Positions 38,468 through 43,730 of a DNA stretch of 43,730 nucleotides are shown one piece after another. The stretch spans positions 1 to 43,730 of the forward strand of contig CAURFY010000001.1 of NCBI GenBank assembly GCA_963524115.1. The letters are read 5' to 3'. The notes below the pieces were generated by a model. The model was not told the origin of the DNA. It made no database searches and saw nothing but the letters and a program-made list of their open reading frames with translations. Numbering within the stretch: the first letter of the stretch is position 1; each line of letters starts with the position of its first letter. A program made the position numbers and the translations under genes. The DNA comes from an uncultured Bacillus sp. Lineage in GTDB: Bacteria > Bacillota > Bacilli > Bacillales > Cytobacillaceae.

Positions 38468-38558
38468 AGTGTTAACTAAACTAGTCTCGAATAATAGGGT
38501 AATTCTATTGTTCGAGGCTTTTCTTTTCTGAAATTGATTGTATAGCGGGGTATGTAGG

Positions 38559-39584
38559 ATGAAGCATTTAAAAATAGCCATATTATTTGTTATTTCAATT
38601 CTACTATTGTTGAATATAAATCTGTCACAGGTTAAAGCTAAGGAGGAAAGTGTTGGTTATTCAGTTCGAGCAATTATCCCTGAGAATCAAATTGATCATA
38701 GTATCTCTTATTTTGATTTAAGAATGAGCCCTAACCAACATCAAGAGATTCAAACTGAAATTTTCAATAGTTCTAATGAAGATATAAATATTGATGTCCA
38801 TATTACCAACCCAATCACAAATAGTAATGGATTAATAGATTACACTGATTTAGAAGTAAAGACTGATAGGAGTTTGAAAATTCCGATAACAAAGATTGCC
38901 TCAATTAACGATATGACAATAAATATACCTGCGGGGGAGTCAAAGATTGTACCAATTCAACTTGAAATGCCTGAAAAAGAATTTGATGGGATTATTCTCG
39001 GTGGGGTTTATTTTGAAAAACGTATAGAGAAAACCGCGGAGAAAACCAGTGGAGTCCAAATTACTAATAAGTATACCTATGTTCTCGGTTTGAAATTGTC
39101 TGAAACTGAAAATGAAGTTAAACCGAAACTTCATTTGAAATCGGTGTACCCAAATTTGGTGAATTATCATACAGCGGTTATAGCTAATATACAAAATAGT
39201 ACACCAGTGATTGTCGACAAATTGGCTATTAATGCGAAGGTATTTAACTCAAAAGGTAAAGTGGAAAATAGAGTTGATGTTGAAGATTATAAAATGGCGC
39301 CAAACTCTTCAATGGATTTCGTTATTGACTGGAAAAATAAAGAATTGAAGCCAGGCAAATATACTTTATCATTACATGCAAATAGCGGAATCCAAAATTG
39401 GGATTGGGAAAAACAGTTTGTTATCCAAGAAGGTAAGGCAAAAATACTAAATGAGGAAGCAGTTGAAATTTCCAAAGATAATAATTATCTAGTTTATGGC
39501 CTATCCTTCGTTATTTTGATTCTAATAGTTGTCATTGTTTTGTTAATAAGAAAGAACAAACAAAAGATGGATAACCCGGATTGA
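38559..39584 (+). CDS. DUF916/DUF3324 WxL-interacting protein (CscA-like)
   Basis: IPENQID..SYFDLRM.P, TNSNGLIDY, GIILGG and MAPNS motifs; C-terminal TM. Confidence 0.92.
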   Translation: MKHLKIAILFVISILLLLNINLSQVKAKEESVGYSVRAIIPENQIDHSISYFDLRMSPNQHQEIQTEIFNSSNEDINIDVHITNPITNSNGLIDYTDLEVKTDRSLKIPITKIASINDMTINIPAGESKIVPIQLEMPEKEFDGIILGGVYFEKRIEKTAEKTSGVQITNKYTYVLGLKLSETENEVKPKLHLKSVYPNLVNYHTAVIANIQNSTPVIVDKLAINAKVFNSKGKVENRVDVEDYKMAPNSSMDFVIDWKNKELKPGKYTLSLHANSGIQNWDWEKQFVIQEGKAKILNEEAVEISKDNNYLVYGLSFVILILIVVIVLLIRKNKQKMDNPD

Positions 39585-39619
39585 AATTGCAAACGCTAAG
39601 AAGCAAAGGGGGTCATCCG

Positions 39620-39850
39620 ATGAGTTCTGGTATATTAAAAGGAAAGAATGACGATGAAAGGGGAAATCTAGAAGAAATACTAAAAAATTCAATCGAAATT
39701 GAAGAAGATTTAATGAGGACCTATCTCATAACCGCTGAGCGGATTCACGATGATGTTGAACTTAAGGAACGTCTTGAAAACTTTGCTGAAGGAAATGCAA
39801 AAAGGACAAAACAGCTCATGAGCGAACTAAGTGAAAGTAAAGAGAAATAG
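39620..39850 (+). CDS. Small helical, ferritin-like hypothetical protein
   Basis: EIEEDLMRTY...FAEGNAKRTKQL; RBS before ATG 39620; terminator 39851-39894. Confidence 0.7.
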   Translation: MSSGILKGKNDDERGNLEEILKNSIEIEEDLMRTYLITAERIHDDVELKERLENFAEGNAKRTKQLMSELSESKEK

Positions 39851-40208
39851 AAAAAAGCTGTGTGGATTAATTTAAATTGATCCCACAGCTTTTTCTAATT
39901 TAATATGCACAAGATCGTTGTTAAAGTAATGATTTTAGTCACCCACTTTAGCATTGGAACAACTCCTTTTTTGCTTGTTTTTTCAAAGAATCCCCATTAA
40001 CAGATCCGTTATATAAGTTGATAAAAAGTATCGGCTCCACCTTCGCCAAATACTATGATAGCCACTCGCGCTATCCCCACTACAGCTAGTATAGTGTTGT
40101 AACATTAAGGAAATAAGTCATAAATGTAATTAATTTGTAAATGTTTATTGGGAATAATTGAATAAATAGACTGGGAATTCATATGCTATTTCCAAAGGCG
40201 GTGTACTT

Positions 40209-40670
40209 ATGGATCGGTTACTTCTATGGGCGATGTTAATTATTCCATGGTTATCATTATTTTTTATAAAAAAATATTCTTTAAAAAGGTTTATGCCTGT
40301 TGCCATATTGGCGTCTCTTTTAGTCACGATGGTCTTTGAAATGGGTTACGTTTTTAATTGGTGGGTCATCCATAAAAAATTAGTTCCATGGGGCGAAATA
40401 ACGAGTCTTCCATTGACATATGGAGTATTTTTAGTTGGTACTATATGGATTTTCCATTTTTCTTATGATAAATCTATTTGGAGGTATTTTCTAACAAATG
40501 CATTCTTCGATGGTTTATATGCATTTGTCCTTCTAAAGGCTTTAATTTTTATAGGAATTTATGATTTAGAGAAAATGGGGCATTTAGGTATATTTATAAT
40601 GATGATGATAATCTCAGTTATCATCTATATTTACCAGGGATGGCAGGATAAAATAATGAAACAGGAATAG
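40209..40670 (+). CDS. Hypothetical membrane protein
   Basis: Several TM segments; AAAGGCGGTG RBS. Confidence 0.75.
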   Translation: MDRLLLWAMLIIPWLSLFFIKKYSLKRFMPVAILASLLVTMVFEMGYVFNWWVIHKKLVPWGEITSLPLTYGVFLVGTIWIFHFSYDKSIWRYFLTNAFFDGLYAFVLLKALIFIGIYDLEKMGHLGIFIMMMIISVIIYIYQGWQDKIMKQE

Positions 40671-40713
40671 TGCGAGCCTTTCATGTTAAGAAGCAAAAAT
40701 CACCTTCAAATAA

Positions 40714-40752
40714 AAAGAGGTAAGCCCTTAAATATTAAAGGCTTACCTCTTT
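40714..40752. terminator. Bidirectional terminator at tRNA 3' end
   Basis: AAAGAGGTAAGCC...GGCTTACCTCTTT. Confidence 0.8.
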
Positions 40753-40761
40753 GTTTGTTAG

Positions 40762-40835
40762 CGTCCCAGAGAGGATTCGAACCTCCGACCTACAGTTTAG
40801 GAAACTGTTGCTCTATCCTACTGAGCTACTGGGAC
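40762..40835 (-). tRNA. tRNA-Arg(CCU); CCA not encoded
   Basis: GTCCCAG/CTGGGAC acceptor stem, ACAGT-TTCCTAA-ACTGT anticodon arm, GGTTCGAATCC T-loop. Confidence 0.97.
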
Positions 40836-41028
40836 ATAGAATTATATTATAAGCCCTTTGGCTGCAAAGGTCAAAATAAACTTGCCTTCAGAATGAAATA
40901 AGGTGAGCTAGGATCAAATATCACTTAGATGGTTTTGTGTTCACAAGTAAATATGATGCTTGAATCTGATCCGAGTAAAGGCTATGTTGTAGAAAGGTAG
41001 GAGTAATTAAAAAAATGGAGGCTGTACA

Positions 41029-41955
41029 GTGATTAAATTTGGAGTCATCGGTCTTGGGGATATCTCCCAAAAAGCATATATGCCAGTTTACTGTAGTATG
41101 AGGGATATTGAGTTTCACTTTTATACAAGAAATCAACAAAAGTTAGCGACAATTGGAAGTCGATTTCGCTTTGAAAATCTCCATTCAGATCTTGACTCGT
41201 TGATAAAAAGTGGGATTTCAGGGGCATTTGTCCATACGTCGACAGCGTCCCATGGAGAAATTGTCCATGAGCTTTTAAAACGCAATATTCATGTATTCGT
41301 TGATAAACCGATTACAGACCATTATGAAGAGACCAAAAGCCTTGTTGAGTTGGCAGAACAGAAGGGTCTTATTCTGATGACGGGGTTTAATAGGAGATAC
41401 GCTCCTTCCTACACAAAACTAAAAGAGGTTGAACAGCCGAATATGGTTATTGTACAGAAGAACCGCAAAAGTCTTCCAAGCGAGCTGCGAACATTCATAT
41501 ACGATGATTTTATCCATGTTGTTGATACAATGAGATACTTATTTCCGTACCCGATTGCTGATCTAATAGTGAACGGAAGAATGGTGGGGGACACACTTTA
41601 TCACGTCATCCTTCAATTCATTTCGGAGGGAGGAGCGACAGCAGTAGGAATTATGAATAGAGATAATGGGACAAACGAAGAAATAGCCCAGGTCATGGGT
41701 CCTTTCGAGAAAAGAACAGTCTATAATGTTTCGAAGCTAGAGATTTCAAAAGACATGAAGGAAATTGAAGTTCGGGGCGGAGACTGGGATTCAACACTAT
41801 CGAAACGTGGTTTTGAGCACATGGTGAATGAATTCGTTCATTCTGTTCGTTCTAACTCAAAACCAAGAATTTCCGCTTTGGACGCATTGGAGACCCACGA
41901 AATTTGTGAAAAAATTATTTTGAAATTGTCGGGAAGTAATATTGTTGAACAGTAA
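41029..41955 (+). CDS. Gfo/Idh/MocA oxidoreductase (MviM/YceM-like)
   Basis: GLGDISQKAY, VDKP, GFNRRYAP and DDFIHVVD motifs. Confidence 0.9.
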   Translation: MIKFGVIGLGDISQKAYMPVYCSMRDIEFHFYTRNQQKLATIGSRFRFENLHSDLDSLIKSGISGAFVHTSTASHGEIVHELLKRNIHVFVDKPITDHYEETKSLVELAEQKGLILMTGFNRRYAPSYTKLKEVEQPNMVIVQKNRKSLPSELRTFIYDDFIHVVDTMRYLFPYPIADLIVNGRMVGDTLYHVILQFISEGGATAVGIMNRDNGTNEEIAQVMGPFEKRTVYNVSKLEISKDMKEIEVRGGDWDSTLSKRGFEHMVNEFVHSVRSNSKPRISALDALETHEICEKIILKLSGSNIVEQ

Positions 41956-42114
41956 AAATTAATAGTTCAAATAGGGCCTAGTTGCGGAACGGGTCCTTAT
42001 TTGACTAAACGTTTTATTTTTGCTTTACCTAAATTAGGAAGTAAGTCTTTAAAAGTTCTTGAAAAGCTGTATCATAATAGGTAAATGATAATTCGCTTGA
42101 GTAGGTGTGAAATT

Positions 42115-42723
42115 ATGAACGACCAGTATTATGATGAACTTTTGAACATTATAACAAATGGAGACCAAGAGGGATTCAATCAATCTTTTCATTATCATCG
42201 TTACGAGCCGACCCCATATAGTGCACTAGAAGAATTATTTAATCAATATGAATTGAAAAGTAGTGATTGTGTTGTTGACTTTGGGTGCGGAAAAGGCAGA
42301 TTAAACTTTTACATCAACTATTTATTTAATGCAACTGTTGTTGGGGTTGAAATGAATGAGACTTTCTATCAAGAGGCAGTGGAGAATCGAGATTATTATT
42401 TAGAGAAATTTAGTGACTGTGAAGATAAAATTCATTTCCATTGTTGTCTGGCACAAGAGTATCAAATTAATCCAAAGGACAATCGGTTTTATTTTTTTAA
42501 TCCCTTTTCTATCCAAATTTTTATGAATATCATAAACAATATCTTAATTTCCATAGAAAAGACAAACAGGGAGATCGAACTGATTTTATATTATGTATCA
42601 GAAGATTACTTCTATTATTTGGAAAACCAAACCGCTTTTGAATTGAAACAAGAAGTTACTTTGCAAGGTTTATATGATCAAAATCCTTATGAAAAATTCT
42701 TAATTTATCGATTGGCGTATTAA
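42115..42723 (+). CDS. Class I SAM-dependent methyltransferase
   Basis: YEPTPY, VDFGCGKGR and YFFNPF motifs. Confidence 0.85.
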   Translation: MNDQYYDELLNIITNGDQEGFNQSFHYHRYEPTPYSALEELFNQYELKSSDCVVDFGCGKGRLNFYINYLFNATVVGVEMNETFYQEAVENRDYYLEKFSDCEDKIHFHCCLAQEYQINPKDNRFYFFNPFSIQIFMNIINNILISIEKTNREIELILYYVSEDYFYYLENQTAFELKQEVTLQGLYDQNPYEKFLIYRLAY

Positions 42724-42863
42724 AGAAAATGGGGCTTTAAGTGTGACAAAAATTGTCGCAAAAATGTTCTGTTTGTCCAATCGCAAATGAGACAAATGTG
42801 ATATCGTATAAATAGTAAAATATTTTAAAGTAAATCTAGCTATAGAAGGTGGGGTTTACAACG

Positions 42864-43187
42864 ATGACCACACAAAGAAGAGAACTTAACAATGGGCCAG
42901 TCATCCAAAAGGAAAAAGAAATGGTTACAAAAATGATAGATTTGTACTGTCGAAAAAAACATCATCGTAATGAACTATGTGAACAATGTCAGGACCTAAA
43001 GTCTTATGCCTATAAACGATTGTCGCTTTGCCGTTTTGGTGAAGAGAAAACGGCATGCTCTAATTGCTCTGTTCACTGCTATAAACCAGATTATCGCCAA
43101 AAGATGAAAACAGTTATGCGTTTTTCTGGTCCATGGATGTTGCTTTATCACCCAATATATTCCGTGAAACATTTGTTGAATAAATAA
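42864..43187 (+). CDS. YgbA / nitrous-oxide-stimulated-promoter family protein
   Basis: MIDLYC..HH...LC..C, C.FGEEK.AC..C.VHCY and MRFSGP motifs. Confidence 0.88.
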   Translation: MTTQRRELNNGPVIQKEKEMVTKMIDLYCRKKHHRNELCEQCQDLKSYAYKRLSLCRFGEEKTACSNCSVHCYKPDYRQKMKTVMRFSGPWMLLYHPIYSVKHLLNK

Positions 43188-43233
43188 GAATGCATTGAAA
43201 AACACCACGAAAACCATTTTTCGGGTGTTTTTT

Positions 43234-43730
43234 TCATTTTGTTAAAAGTCCATAAACTCGGTCGAATAGTTTGTTTATCTCTTTGTCTAAATGGGGATTA
43301 TCTACTGAGTCCAGCCAGTGCTCAGGGATTATCCTGTAATTGCTGGGAGTCATCTTTAAATAGCTATAAATAATCTGTGATTCATCAATCTCTTCACTGC
43401 TTACCTCAACAGGAGAATAAGATGCTTTGTTTGTAAAATAGGTAAAGATATTTGACTTAATTATAGACCTAATCCGTTCAGAACTTGTCATTTCTAGGTC
43501 ATACTTTTCACTAAAAAGAACCCTATTTCCCTTAATAAGGAACAGTTTAATCGTGCTGTCACTTAGGTGTTCCATCATGGTGATATTATGATTTTCCTCG
43601 GTGAATCTGATAACCTTCCCTCTATTAAGGAGGAAGTTAATGGATTCGATTATGTCCCGATATTTTGCTGCAGTTTCAAAGTCAAAATTATCGGAAGCCT
43701 TAAGCATTCTTTGCTCCAAATCTTCAAGGA
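43234..43730 (-). CDS. UvrB/UvrC-motif protein (probably UvrC/Cho-like), 5' end outside window
   Basis: UVR motif LEQRMLKASDNFDFETAAKYRD. Confidence 0.7.
   Translation of the reverse strand, partial: LEDLEQRMLKASDNFDFETAAKYRDIIESINFLLNRGKVIRFTEENHNITMMEHLSDSTIKLFLIKGNRVLFSEKYDLEMTSSERIRSIIKSNIFTYFTNKASYSPVEVSSEEIDESQIIYSYLKMTPSNYRIIPEHWLDSVDNPHLDKEINKLFDRVYGLLTK

Noticed and set aside
14066..40762. Intact prophage, ICE or IS in the accessory region
   Set aside because: No integrase, transposase, conjugation or phage genes, and I found no att duplication by eye
40683..40901. 72-aa ORF in the track
   Set aside because: Antisense to tRNA-Arg and its terminator; spurious
1664..43217. Many short antisense or nested ORFs in the track (e.g. 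1664-1879, 2523-2744, 19457-19762, 22784-23074, 29704-30027, 35602-35952)
   Set aside because: Shadows of well-supported genes, with no RBS or recognisable motifs

Overview
Low-GC Bacillaceae chromosomal window; gene content resembles Neobacillus/Bacillus. Bases 1-14066 are conserved core in roughly B. subtilis yfl/yfk/yfj order: map, yfkK, yfkI, yfkH, a PfeT/ZosA-type P1B-4 ATPase, yfkF, chaA/yfkE, yfkD, a nonsense-interrupted MocA-like gene, class I fumarase, pdaA, yfjP and rlmD. A ~26.7 kb accessory mosaic then lies between the 3' end of rlmD and the 3' end of a tRNA-Arg(CCU) gene. It holds an ABC-F protein with attenuator-like leaders, a mannose-class PTS behind a GlcT-type RAT, efflux and transport genes, a WxL surface cluster, several gene remnants and repeat elements. 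The standout unannotated signal is at 31319-32630: an orphan ComA-like response regulator, a near-perfect ComA box, three tandem 29-codon hydrophobic glycine-zipper peptide genes (123-bp period, each with its own strong RBS, mostly synonymous divergence) and a terminator. These peptide genes are below the ORF track's size range and are missing from it. All family assignments come from motif recognition, not database searches.
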